Source: Centroscyllium fabricii
Lineage: Eukaryota
DNA length: 64,000 bases
Reading direction: 5' to 3'
NCBI GenBank assembly: GCA_051313645.2
Contig: JBNRSN020000025.1
Span: 29,698,001-29,762,000 of the forward strand
This document shows positions 12,215 through 23,037 of the stretch, piece after piece. The notes beneath the pieces were generated by a model. The model was not told the origin of the DNA. It searched no databases and saw only the letters and a list, made by a program, of their open reading frames with translations. Numbering within the stretch: position 1 is the first letter of the stretch; every line of letters begins with the position of its first letter. A program made the translations under genes and the position numbers.

Positions 12215-12773
12215 TTAGATATTTTCCCCTGGAGGAAAGTTTAGAGGCTGAGACAACCGGTCCGCTGACAGTGGAAGCCATTTGCTGCTGAAACCCTCAT
12301 CCAGGCCTTTGTTACCTCCAGACTCGACTAGTCCAACGCTCGCCTGAACCTCTCCCTCCCACTTCGCACCTTCTGTAAACTTGAGTTTATCCAACACTCT
12401 GCTGCCCCTGTGCTCGCTGACCTCCATTGGCTCCCGGTCCAGCAACGCCTCGGTTTTAAAATTCCCACCCTCATGTTTTCAAATCCCTCCATGGCCTCAC
12501 CCCCCTCCCTATCTCTGTAACCTCCTTCAGCCCCACAACTCCCCGTGATCTCTGCACTCCTCGAATTCTGGCCTCTGGCGCATCCCCGACTTTCATCGCT
12601 CCACCATTGATGGCGTGCCTTCGGACGACTAGGTCCTAAGCTCTGGAATTCCCTCCCTAAATCTCTCTACCTCTCTCTCCTCCTTTAATGTGGAGGTGCC
12701 GGTGTTGGACTGGGGTGGACAAATGCAAGAAGTCACACAACACCAGATTATAGTCCAACAGTTTTATTTTAAA

Positions 12774-12811
12774 TCACAAGCTTTCGGAGCTTTTGCCCCT
12801 TCGTCAGGTGA
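12774..12811 (-). ncRNA. Minimal type I hammerhead ribozyme
   Basis: UCAC-CUGACGA-A-GGGGC-AAAA-GCUCC-GAAA-GC-UU-GUGA on the - strand. Confidence 0.8.
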
Positions 12812-13098
12812 AAGAGAGAGACTGACTTAAAGAACGCACATATGTGATGATGGGAGAAATCCGATATCTCCCACATCTCACCTCAGTAGAGATAGACACA
12901 CAAAGGCTTATTAACATATTTTAAGTGTTTCATTTAAACATAGCATCTCTAGAGAGAGATAACAATGTGGTCTCTCCAATTGTTTCACATCACACCTCAG
13001 CTGAGGGACATCAAAGCAATCAAAGGTGTTCCAACATATCAGCCAGCCTGAGATCAAAGGGTGCAGTCACAAAGGGTCTTTAAGTCAGTCTCTCTCTT

Positions 13099-13136
13099 TC
13101 ACCTGACGAAGGGGCAGAAGCTCCGAAAGCTTGTGA
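13099..13136 (+). ncRNA. Minimal type I hammerhead ribozyme
   Basis: UCAC-CUGACGA-A-GGGGC-AGAA-GCUCC-GAAA-GC-UU-GUGA: intact core, stems I and II, palindromic AAGCUU at stem III. Confidence 0.8.
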
Positions 13137-14311
13137 TTTAAAATAAAACTGTTGGACTATAATCTGGTGTTGTGTGACTTCTTGCATTTCTCCTCCTTTA
13201 AGACTCTCCTTAAAACTCGCCTCTTTGACCAAGCTTTTGGTCACCTGTCCTAATATCTCCTTATGTGGCTCAGTGTCACATTTTTGATAAAACTCCTGTG
13301 AAGCGCTTCGGGACGTTTTACTACATTAACTGCGCGATATAAAGGCAAGTTATTGTTGCTGCTGTTTGTAGAGTGGAACTAGCAGGGGTCTGAAAGCAGG
13401 ATATGTGACTAGTCTCCAGACTGTGGCTGAGAGGCGCCGGAGGAACTGGGGAAACGAGAAGAATGATTTACAGCTCACCAAAAATTCAAAAAACTCAGCG
13501 AAGCCAAATTTTATATCAAGTAGAAGCCAGCAGCAGTCAGAACTTGGCTCTCAGTCAGACAGAAAGCCTATAATACTGGGTCCTATCTCCCATTGTGCTC
13601 CCTGTTCCCTATGCTTCCTCCTTACCCCTTCCTTGGAGTTTCGTAAAGATGTGGAGATTTCAAAAAGGTTTGTATTCATAATATTTTCTTTAGCCCAAGT
13701 CATCAACGCCAGGCTCTTTGCTACACTCTGGGGTTAACTTTGGCTTTGTATTTATTAAAATATTTAAATTACCCTATGAGCGTAAAACAATCAACAAGTG
13801 AATCCAAAGTACCTCGAAATTGCCAACTCCCGTGGTTCATTTATGCCTCATTTGAATATTGGCATCTAATTAGTCAATGGGATACCCTCCTGTTCGCTCT
13901 AAGGACCTCCTATTAGACTTCACCACAGACCCTACAATAGTGTTATTATCCTCAGGAAGAAATATCCGCTTAAGCCAAAATATTTCAATGTTGCATAACG
14001 CACTCCTCGGGCGACGGTCTTAATTCATCATCACCTCAAATTGCTCCCACCAGTGACAGACCTGTAACCCACAGCAGCTCAGCCTCAGTGTTACACTGCT
14101 CAAAATGTTCTCACTTGGCACAAACCAGGTTTGAATAACAGACTCTCTAATTGTACTGCTCAGCGTTTTTCACAGTCCAAACATTTCACACACCCACTGC
14201 TCCCTGTACTGAAACCCTAGTCACAGCACTGCTAACAGACAGGCTGGTGTGCTATAGACAACTTAAAGGTAACAATAGTATGGGATTAAAAGGTGTGATT
14301 GAATATCATTG

Positions 14312-14512
14312 ATGTGTGTGTTTTGTATGTGTGTGTGTTTGTGCGTGTGGTGTGTGCGTGTGCGTGTGTTGTGTTTGTGCGTGTGTAGGTGTTGTATTTG
14401 TATGTGTGTTTATGTGGGTGTGTGCATGTTTGTGGGTGTGTGCGTGCGTGTGTTTGTATGTGGGTGTGCGTGTGTTTGTGGGTGTGTATGCGTGTTTGTG
14501 TGTTGCGTGTAT
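14312..14512. repeat. Degenerate (TG)n microsatellite
   Basis: Direct inspection. Confidence 0.95.
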
Positions 14513-14575
14513 ACCATGTTGACAATCTGTTGCATGATGACTGACTTAATCTGTGGTCTTGTCCAACATTCAGTG

Positions 14576-14750
14576 GGGGTCATTTTTAACTTTGTGCGAT
14601 AGTGTAAAACGGGCAAAAGCGAATCAGCAACCAATTATACCTCACACACACTTTGAAGTCAATGGAAATAAAAATGGGGAGAGATGTAAAGTGAGCTGCT
14701 GACTCCCTGTCACCTGTATTACACCATCGCACTAAGTCACAATTACCCCC
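14576..14750. mobile_element. Short palindromic MITE (relatives near 17460-17550, 19789-19980, 21670-21840, 62933-63100)
   Basis: Imperfect inverted arms ggggtcatttttaactttgtgcgatagtgtaa...ttacaccatcgcactaagtcacaattacccc. Confidence 0.6.
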
Positions 14751-15714
14751 ATTCTGTCTGTGTTGAGCCAGACAGGATGTGTAGACAGATTCTGTGCAAT
14801 ATTCAACAGGAACCTTGTGGGGTGGGAGGGGGCGGTGAAATCAGCCAGGCCCCTCTATACAGCGACAGTATGCGTGTTTGGACAGTGGACGAGCACAGGG
14901 CTCGGCTCAGCTGTCAGTACTCTGCTGCCTCTTGTCTGGGCTCACACATAACAATTGGCCGGTTAGCTGAGGTACCTCGGAGCTGTCGGCAGATGTGGAC
15001 CTGCATCCCAGCTCTTTCAAAGAGCCGGCACAAGTACGAGGGGCCGAATGGCCTCCCTCTGTGCTGTACAAATTTTTGATTCAAAGGACAGGAGGGTGGA
15101 AAGCTAGGGGTGAGGGTCTTTAACCAGTTAGAGTGGGAATTTAAATTAGAAATGTAGAAAACCAGGAGCAGGCCACTCAGCCCTTCGAGCCTGCTCTGCT
15201 ATTCAATATGATCATGGCTGATCCTCTATCTCAATACCATAGTCCCGCTCTCTCCCCACACAATCCTGCTGTCATCAACACATTAATATATTCTGCACCG
15301 GGGTGCGGGAATGTGCTCGAACTCTCCGCCCCTTTATTGGGGCACCTGGGTTTGAATGCTACCCAGACAGAAAGTAGGGAGGTACCTTTTCCACACCAGT
15401 CCCCAGTGGTGCCTTACTGACAGCACCAGTGCATAACTTGAGTCATATTAACGTTGATGCTACACTAGTCAGTGTGAATCACAGGGACACTGATGCTACG
15501 ATAATAATGCACAGGGAGGACCCACTGACCCTGGCATATTGATAGCCAGTGTGAATCACTGTCAGTAACACCGCCAATGCTGTGCTACCACATAACGAGA
15601 CACTTTGACACCTTGCTACTGTTGCTCCTTGAAATATCCTCCTGAGGATCCCATCCAATCGAACTGTTGCACTGAGCCCAATATAATTTTATTAAAGATT
15701 ACGGCAACTTGCAG

Positions 15715-16080
15715 CAGAGAAGGTTAAGGGGAGATTTAATGGAGGTTTTCAAAACCATGAAGGGTTTCGATAGAGTAAATAAGGAGACACTGTTTCCACT
15801 GGCAGGAGGGTCGATAACCAGAGGTCACAGATTTAAGGTCAAAGAGCCAGAGATTAGATGAGAATTATTTTTACACAGCGAGTTGTTGTGATCTGGAACG
15901 TGCTGCCTGAAAGGGCGGGGGAAGCAGATTCAATAGTAACTTTCAAAAGTGAATTGGAGAAATACATAAAGGGGGAAAATACTTGCAAGGCTATGGGGAA
16001 AAGGGATGGGAAATGGAACTAATTGGAAAGCTCTTTCAACGAGCCAGGCACAGGCACGATGAGCCAAATGGCCTCCTTCA
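15715..16080 (+). mobile_element. CR1 LINE 3' fragment
   Basis: agcagagaaggttaaggggagatttaatggagg...atctggaacgtgctgcctgaaaggg plus CR1 tail. Confidence 0.8.
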
Positions 16081-16187
16081 TTAGGCCCAAATTCAAAATG
16101 GTCCGTTGTTAGATTTGGGGTCACCTTGAGGCCAAGATTGATTCTTAAAATGGGGTATTTTTTTGTTTTTGTTTGTCTTTCCCGCAG

Positions 16188-17136
16188 ATCAAGCAAGTCA
16201 TGGGACTAAAGGGCCTTTTCCACAGAAATCCAAAGCAGGCTTCGCTCGACAGTCATGTTGCTGTACGGCTCACTCACAAACACTCTTTTAGCAGCCACAT
16301 CCTCCGCAGGACTGCCAGTGCCCCCACCAAAGGGCACCAGAAGAGCAAAAAGGGCTTTCCGCAAATCGTTCTAGATACCAAAGACTGCAGTTCAGAGGGA
16401 GCGAGCGAGTCTGACGACACCTCCCAACCTCGGTTTGAGCAGGAGGCCGAATGTGCTGTGGCTGCTCCGGAAGGTGCTGAACGGGCTGGCACCGACGGGG
16501 AAGTGCAGGCGGAGGCCTTTCAAGGTAAGGGGACGAGCATGGGGTCGGGGGAAGGTCAGAAGCCACGTGCGACTAATTTGCCAACGGGTGTGGTGTTTAG
16601 CGAGCCTTTAAGGCGGGCGCACCGAGTGCGCATACTGGACCCCGAGGAGCAGAGGCAAGGCGTGTTTACCAGGTGTGCCATAAATGGCTGCGGTAGGATT
16701 GGCATAGCCACCAATTGCATGAAATGCGTCATTGGTTCTAGGGAGAGCCCAGATCTAGAACGCAAGTGGAAGGAGCGTGTCCACAAGCCAGATGCCCTGG
16801 CAGCGGCCAAGCGGGCACATCAGCGCGGTTCCTCAGAGAACGAACGGTTAATTCCCGCGGGGCAGGCGGTCCAATGCCAACCCAAGCAGAGGTGGCGACG
16901 CCAGATCGTCCACGGTGTCGGCTGCAGCAGCGGAGAGGTCGACAAATTGGAGGCCGCCAGCAAGGGCTGCAACTCGCCCGAGTCTGAAAGCCTCGAGGGT
17001 CTGAGCGGTCTGGAGCACTCGTATCACTTGGCGCAGAACCCTCAGAAGTATCCGGGCACCCTTCAACGTGAAATGAACTCTTTGTTTGTACAAAAGATGC
17101 AGGAAATCCGAAGCAAGTCTCCAATCTTTTCCACGG
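16188..17136 (+). CDS. PLCH2: Phospholipase C eta 2, penultimate coding exon (long form; internal alternative donor after 16524)
   Basis: Acceptor tttcccgcag|ATC; encodes IKQVMGLKGLF...SLDSH...ILRRTASAPTK, NCMKCVIGS and PGTLQREMNSLFVQKMQEIRSKSPIFS, matching recalled mammalian PLCH2; phase-1 donor G|gtaaga at 17136/17137 fits the acceptor at 28740. Confidence 0.92.
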
Positions 17137-18494
17137 GTAAGACCTGAATGGACCGTTTTGTTGACCCATTTTTTGCTTTGTAGATCGTCCTGTTCCTCTG
17201 GCCAGCATCTCTGTGTCCAGCCGAACCTAAACCCTCTGACCAACCTAGAACACCACGCCAACTATAGATTTTGCCATCCGTTTTCCCTTGAGAAAACCTG
17301 CAGAGTGTTGAAGTGGAATGCTAAGTTGGAGCCACTTATTTTCTAGTTTCTTGTGCCCTGCCTGCCCAGCGTTTCAAAGGGTTATTTTCTTTCTTTCGTT
17401 CAACATGGTTCACGCCAACCAAATGTCTAGGATTTAGATTGCCCCAGGCTTTGGAGGATGAGATCTAAATGGTCTCCTTAAAACCATCTTGGGCGATAGC
17501 GCAAAATGGGCGACCGCATCGGCAGCCCGTTTTACACTCTGCCCGAGTCTCTCTTAGGTACCAGGATGGTCCTCCTTACCTTTGACCTCCATTGTTCCCA
17601 AAGTGATGAGGCAATGTCGTGCCCAGTAACGGATAGCCAAAAGATAGCCAGAGATAGAAAAAAGGGAACCCTGTAAGTGGGGGAAAGCACTGAACGGTAC
17701 AGACCAGCAAGGTCCTACGTTTGACCCCTGGCCTCTGCTGACATAGCTGACCTCAGTTGGCGCAAAGGGCTTGCAGATTAGCCTGGGTGCCCCTGGCTGA
17801 GGGTGGCATAATAGTGCTCGTGACGGAATGCGGCGCTGGCCTCATTATCCATCTAACCCGAACCCCATGTTCACCCCATCAACAATTCTGAAAAGGTGGG
17901 ACATGCTCGATAGAAGCAAACTGTTCCAGTAGTTGAAGGGTCAGGGACGAGGGACCATTGATACAAGATTAAATATAAGACATTCAGAACAGTGCGCAGC
18001 AGACACAGCTTTACACACAGAGAGTTCTGAGGCTGTGGAATTCATTTCCAGGGTTAATGGTTGAGACAGAAACATTCCAGATTGGATTGGATAGGCGGAT
18101 GATGGAAAAGGGGTTGAAGGGAGCAAGGTGGGTAAATGTGATTCGACTTATTTGCTCAGGTAGAGGGTAAAGGGACTGGTTGGGCCAAATGGCCTATTTC
18201 CATGATGTAAACTATTTATTTCTAGATATGAATTAGGAGCAGGAGTAGGCCATACGGCCCCTCGAGCCTGCTCCACCATTCAATAAGATTCAGGCTATAA
18301 CGAGAAAATGTGGAGATAGAGACTAAATCAGACCAGGGAGAAGAGCAATTTAGATAAATGTAGGGAAGATGGTTTTAAAAAAGTTTGTACATTTTTAAAA
18401 GTTGAGTTTCCCCACTTCCACTCGCCTTGACCTCCCTACACCACTCACCCTCTGTGGATCAAAATGTGGCGTATGCAGGAGTTAGCAATGACTT

Positions 18495-19727
18495 AAACCC
18501 TGATTTTAGCCTTGGGGTGTGGGGGGCCAAAATGGGCAGAGATCCGGGCGATTATAAATTCCGGGCCTTGTTTTGTTATCCCATCATGGACTTCCGGCCA
18601 AAACCGCTGGGAATGGTGTTGAGGCCAGAGGACAAAAGCAGGAAATCACCCGGCTATCGGGACTCAAAGTAACAGCAAGGTGGGCACCGGGAATGATTGG
18701 GATTGGAGAGGGTAGACCCACAGTCACCTTGTGTGGTTAGGAGAAGCATCCTTGCTTCTTGAGGGGTCAGGATGAGCATTCCCGCTCCTTGTGGGGTCAG
18801 GATGAGCATTCCCGCTCCTTGTGGGGTCAGGATGAGCATTCCTGCTCCTTGAGGGGTCAGGATGAGCATTTCTGCTCCTTGTGGGGTCAGGATGAGCATT
18901 CCTGCTCCTTGTGGGGTCAGGATGAGCATTCCTGCTCCTTGTAGGGGTCAGGATGAGCATTCCCGCTCCTTGAGGGGTCAGGACGAGCATTCCTGCTCCT
19001 TGTGGGGTCAGGATGAACATTCCTGCTCCTTGTGGGGTCAGGATGAGCATTCCTGCTCCTTGTAGGGTCAGGATGAGCATTCCCGCTCCTTGAGGGGTCA
19101 GGACGAGCATTCCTGCTCCTTGTGGGGTCAGGATGAGCATTCCCGCTCCTTGAGGGGTCAGGACGAGCATTCCTGCTCCTTGTGGGGTCAGGATGAGCAT
19201 TCCTGCTCCTTGTGGGGTCAGGATGAGCATTCCTGCTCCTTGTGGGGTCAGGATGAGCATTCCTGCTCCTTGTAGGGTCAGGATGAGCATTCACGCTCCT
19301 TGAGGGGTCAGGACGAGCATTCCTGCTCCTTGAGGGGTCAGGACGAGCATTCCTGCTCCTTGTGGGGTCAGGATGAGCATTCCCGCTCCTTGAGGGGTCA
19401 GGACGAGCATTCCTGCTCCTTGTGGGGTCAGGCTGAGCATTCCCGCTCTCCTGGTTCACCAGGAACCTTCTGGCCAAGCTCCTGCCTGCCGCCAACTTTC
19501 TCTGGTGGGTCCGGGACTGTTCAGGCCTTAGTTTACCAGGCGTTAAAACCACGTGTGCGTGGCAATTACATCATTGGACCGCGACTCTGCCTCTATAATC
19601 AGAGCATGGCATGTCTGGGGGGTGTCCCAAAGCCAGAAAATCACCAGTTAAAATTCGAGGAGCCCCCAGAAACTATTTTAGCCCCTTCCCATACCCGCTG
19701 AGTGGGCTGGGGTAAAATCGGGGGTTT
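18495..19727. mobile_element. Probable non-autonomous DNA transposon hosting an expanded minisatellite
   Basis: Imperfect TIRs aaaccctgatttta/taaaatcgggggttt; no TSD established. Confidence 0.45.
18727..19447. repeat. 30-bp minisatellite (cttgtggggtcaggatgagcattcctgctc), ~23 copies
   Basis: Direct inspection; highly homogeneous units. Confidence 0.97.
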
Positions 19728-20391
19728 CACCTTTAAGATTTAAGCCATTTTGGGCGAATCAAATCAATTTGGGGGTAATTTCAACCTCGCAGGTAGCCCA
19801 CGGGATCGGGTGGAAGGCCTGTTTTACACCCCGCCCAATGTTGACTTTAATGGAGAGTAGAATCAGGCGGGCTGTAAAAGCCTCGCACCCGATCCTGTTC
19901 GCTTCCCGACGGGCGAATTGGGTTAGCATTGCCCAACATTGCCGTTTTACATTGAATGAAAAATATGTGCGAATCTGACCTTTTAACCGTTGCCTCCTTA
20001 GTTTTGAGTGTGACTTGTCCATCTTCCTTTGTGTTTCCTTTCTCATCCTCTCCTTCCTAATGAGTTTAACTGTTTGCAATGTTCTGCCCTTGCTGCCACA
20101 TGCAGTGGACAACTGACTTGGAGAGCAACACAAAGGTAAAGATCTGATCCCCTTGGACCTTCCTTCCTTTCCCCCCACAGGGGATGACTTGCTTCATTGA
20201 ACCTGTTGCCTAATTGGGTGACAAGCACCTGCCTTCCAGCCTACTAGTTGTGCAAAGATGTCCCAGCCCTCGGCCAAGACAGTGGTGGGCGGGGCGGAGG
20301 GGTGGGTGCCGTTAGCACACACCTCACCTGGCTTTTGCAGATTTGTAAAAGCCCCTTAACGAACTGGCCTGCAGGTGAGAGACACCTCATA

Positions 20392-20868
20392 GGGGAGGCG
20401 GTGGCGTAGTGGTTATGTCACTAGACTAGTAAGCCAGAGGCTCAGTCAAATGCTCTGAGGATATGGGTTCAAATCCCACCACGGCAGCTGGTGGGATTTC
20501 AATTCAATTTAATTCTGGAATTAAATGTTAGTCTGGAATTAAATGACAACCATGATACCATTGTCGATTGTTGCAAAAACCCATCTGGTTCACTAATGTC
20601 CTTTAGGGAAGGAAATCTGCCGTCCTTACCTGGTCTGGCCTACATGTGACTCCAGACCCACAGCAATGTGGTTGACTCTTAATGCCCTCTGAAATGGCCC
20701 AGCAAGCCACTCAGTTGTAAACAACCGCTACCAAAAAAACAATAAGACTGCAGCGGTTCAAGAAGGCGGCTCACCACCATCTTCTCAAGGGCAATTAGGG
20801 ATGGGCACTAAATGCAGGCCTAGCCAGCGATGCCCACATCCCATCAATGAATAAAAAAATAAAAAAAT
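20392..20868 (+). mobile_element. Full-length tRNA-derived SINE sharing its 3' tail with the LINE family at 54575-55380
   Basis: A-box tggcgtagtgg, B-box gggttcaaatccc; tail gactgcagcggttcaagaaggcggctcaccacc...gggcaattagggatggg; A-rich end. Confidence 0.85.
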
Positions 20869-21009
20869 ACACCCAAGGTTTAATCAGGATGCCTTCGTCC
20901 TTGAAGCTTGCTGGCGAGCACTTGACTGGTAAATGATATACTAGAATCAAAAAGATATACACAGTATGGGTGACATATGCCGTTCCACAAGGGCCCAGTG
21001 GTCTTAGTC

Positions 21010-21478
21010 ATTCTGACTCAGTGGGTAGCACACTCTCGCCTCGGAGTCAGAAGGCCATGGGTTCGAGCCCCACTCCAGGGACTTGAGCCCGTAATCCAGG
21101 CTGACATTCCCAGTGCATTACTGAGGGAGTACTGCACTGTCAGAGGTGCCGTCTTTCAGATGAGACGTTAAACCGAGGCCCCATCTGCTCTCTCAGATGG
21201 ATGTAAATAGATCCCACGGCACTATTTCGAACAAGAGCAGGTCAGTGATCCCCGGTGTCCTGGCCAATATTTATCCCTCAATCAACATAACAAAAAACTG
21301 GTTATCTTATCATTATCACATTGCTGTTTGTGGGAGCTTGCTGTGAGCAAATTGGCTGCCACGTTTCCTGCATTACAACAGTGACTACACTTCAAAAAGA
21401 GTACTTCACTGGATGTAAAGCGCTTTGGGACGTTCGGTGGGCCTGAAAGGCGCTATATAAATGCAAGCCTTTCTTTTC
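21010..21478 (+). mobile_element. DeuSINE (SacSINE1/AmnSINE1-related)
   Basis: tRNA-like head, Deu core gaggtgccgtctttcagatgagacgttaaaccgagg, L2-type tail aaaggcgctatataaatgcaag. Confidence 0.85.
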
Positions 21479-21940
21479 CATACTCCAACCCCTAGCCAGG
21501 GGAAAACAGCCTCTCATCATCTACCCTGTCAAGCCCTCTAATAATTTTATACGTTTCACTGAGATCACCTGCCATCCTTCTAAACTCCATTGTACTCAAT
21601 CTCTCCTCATCGGTCAACCTTCTCAGTCCAGGATGCAGGTCTTTCTTTTTCCAGCAACTTGTTTAAAGGTACTGTGGTATAAATCCATCTTGGGCAGCAG
21701 CGGGCAGTAGCGAATCGGCAGCCCCCTTTTGCACTGCGTCTGATTTTCGCTTTTCAATTGAAGTCAACGGGAAAGGAAATCGGTCGGGAGAGCAAAAGGA
21801 GCGCCTGATTCGGTATCGGCCATTTTGCGCTACCTCATTCTACTCCGTTCAATGGGACAGGCGAGAATGCCCGAAGCCGTTGTCATTGGTAACAGGCAAA
21901 GGCAGTAAATGGTCTTGTGCAACAGTGGCATTTATGAAGC

Positions 21941-22632
21941 ATTTCAATTCAATTCAATTCAAGTTTTATTGTCATTGCAGATTACTAGTACAATACAACG
22001 AGACGAAGGCTCGACTCTCCCAAGAGTAGTGCAAATAAATTACATGCAAATTGCATACAGTAAAGTACATTATCAGGCGTGCAGGTACCGAAGTTTATTT
22101 TCAGAGTTCAGGAGGCTGACAGCCCTGGGGAAGAAGCTGTTCTGAAATCTAGTCGTGCGGGTGCGAATTGCTCTGTAGCGTCTCCCGGAGGGCAGGGGGG
22201 CGAACAGACTGTGGCTGGGGTGTGTGGGGTCTTTAATAATGTTCAGCGACCTCCGTAAGCAGCGTTTGAGGTAGATGCTTTCCATTGACGGTAGCTGTGT
22301 ACCAGTGATTCGTTGGGCAGTTTTGACTACCCGCTGCAGGGTTTTCCGGTCCGAGATAGTGCAATTTCCATACCAGACAGTGATGCAGCTTGTCAGTATG
22401 CTTTCGATTGTGCAGCGGTAGAAGTTGGGAGTGAAGAGGGAGTAGAGGAGGGGGCTCAGCACACAACCTTGTGGGGCCCCCGTGTTCAGGGTAAGTGGGG
22501 GGGAGGTGAGGTTGCCTAACTTCACAGACTGTGGTCTGTTGGTTAGGAAGTCCAGGGTCCAGTTGCAGAGGGAGGTGTTCAGGCCGAGGGTGAGGAGTTT
22601 GTTAGACAATTTGCTGGGGACGATGGTGTTTC
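21941..22632 (-). mobile_element. Rex1/Babar LINE fragment with internal deletion
   Basis: ORF 22073-22609: [33 protein letters not shown] fused to [22 protein letters not shown]; (TTGAA)n tail. Confidence 0.85.
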
Positions 22633-22954
22633 AGACCAGGATCCCCCTTCAGATATAAAGAGAGAAAAGAAAGGCTTGCATTTATATAGCGCCTGTCACA
22701 ATCTCAGGACGCCCTAAAAGCACTTTGCAGCCAATAGAGTACTTTTGAAGTGTAGTCACTGTTGTAATGTCAGGGGACGTGGCAGCCATTTATGCACAGC
22801 AAGCTCCCACACATAGCAATGACCAGCCCGTGGTGCAGTATTCATAACGTGCCCAAATAGCCCAACATTTCCCTCACTCATTAGCAACTGTTCTCTCTCT
22901 CCCCGCTGTCTGTATTTCTACTGTTCCTTGGTACCTAGGCCAAGTGGTCCGAGG

Positions 22955-23037
22955 CAATGTCCCCCCCTAAGGTGCAAGGCCGCCCATCAAATCTAAAGGG
23001 CCCACATGGGAAATAAAAAAAATTAGAGGGGACATTG
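22955..23037. mobile_element. 83-bp hAT-type mini element
   Basis: TIRs caatgtcccccccta/tagaggggacattg; 8-bp TSD-like gtccgagg/gtcacagg. Confidence 0.6.

Larger units (their letters stand above)
12689..13188. mobile_element. Non-coding Penelope-type retroelement (family A) with inverted arms, each carrying a hammerhead ribozyme
   Basis: 13-bp TSD tctcctcctttaa (12676-12688/13189-13201); ~110-bp inverted repeat 12721-12832/13077-13188; no ORF. Confidence 0.8.
12280..13362 (+). mobile_element. L2-type LINE 3' fragment interrupted by a Penelope-type insertion
   Basis: ctccattggctcccggtc...ctctggaattccctccctaaa...ctctttgaccaagcttttggtcacc...; same family as 61535-62150. Confidence 0.8.

Noticed and set aside
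18654-19552. Long repetitive ORFs (MLILTPQGAG)n
   Set aside because: By-products of a 30-bp stop-free minisatellite; no splice or homology support.
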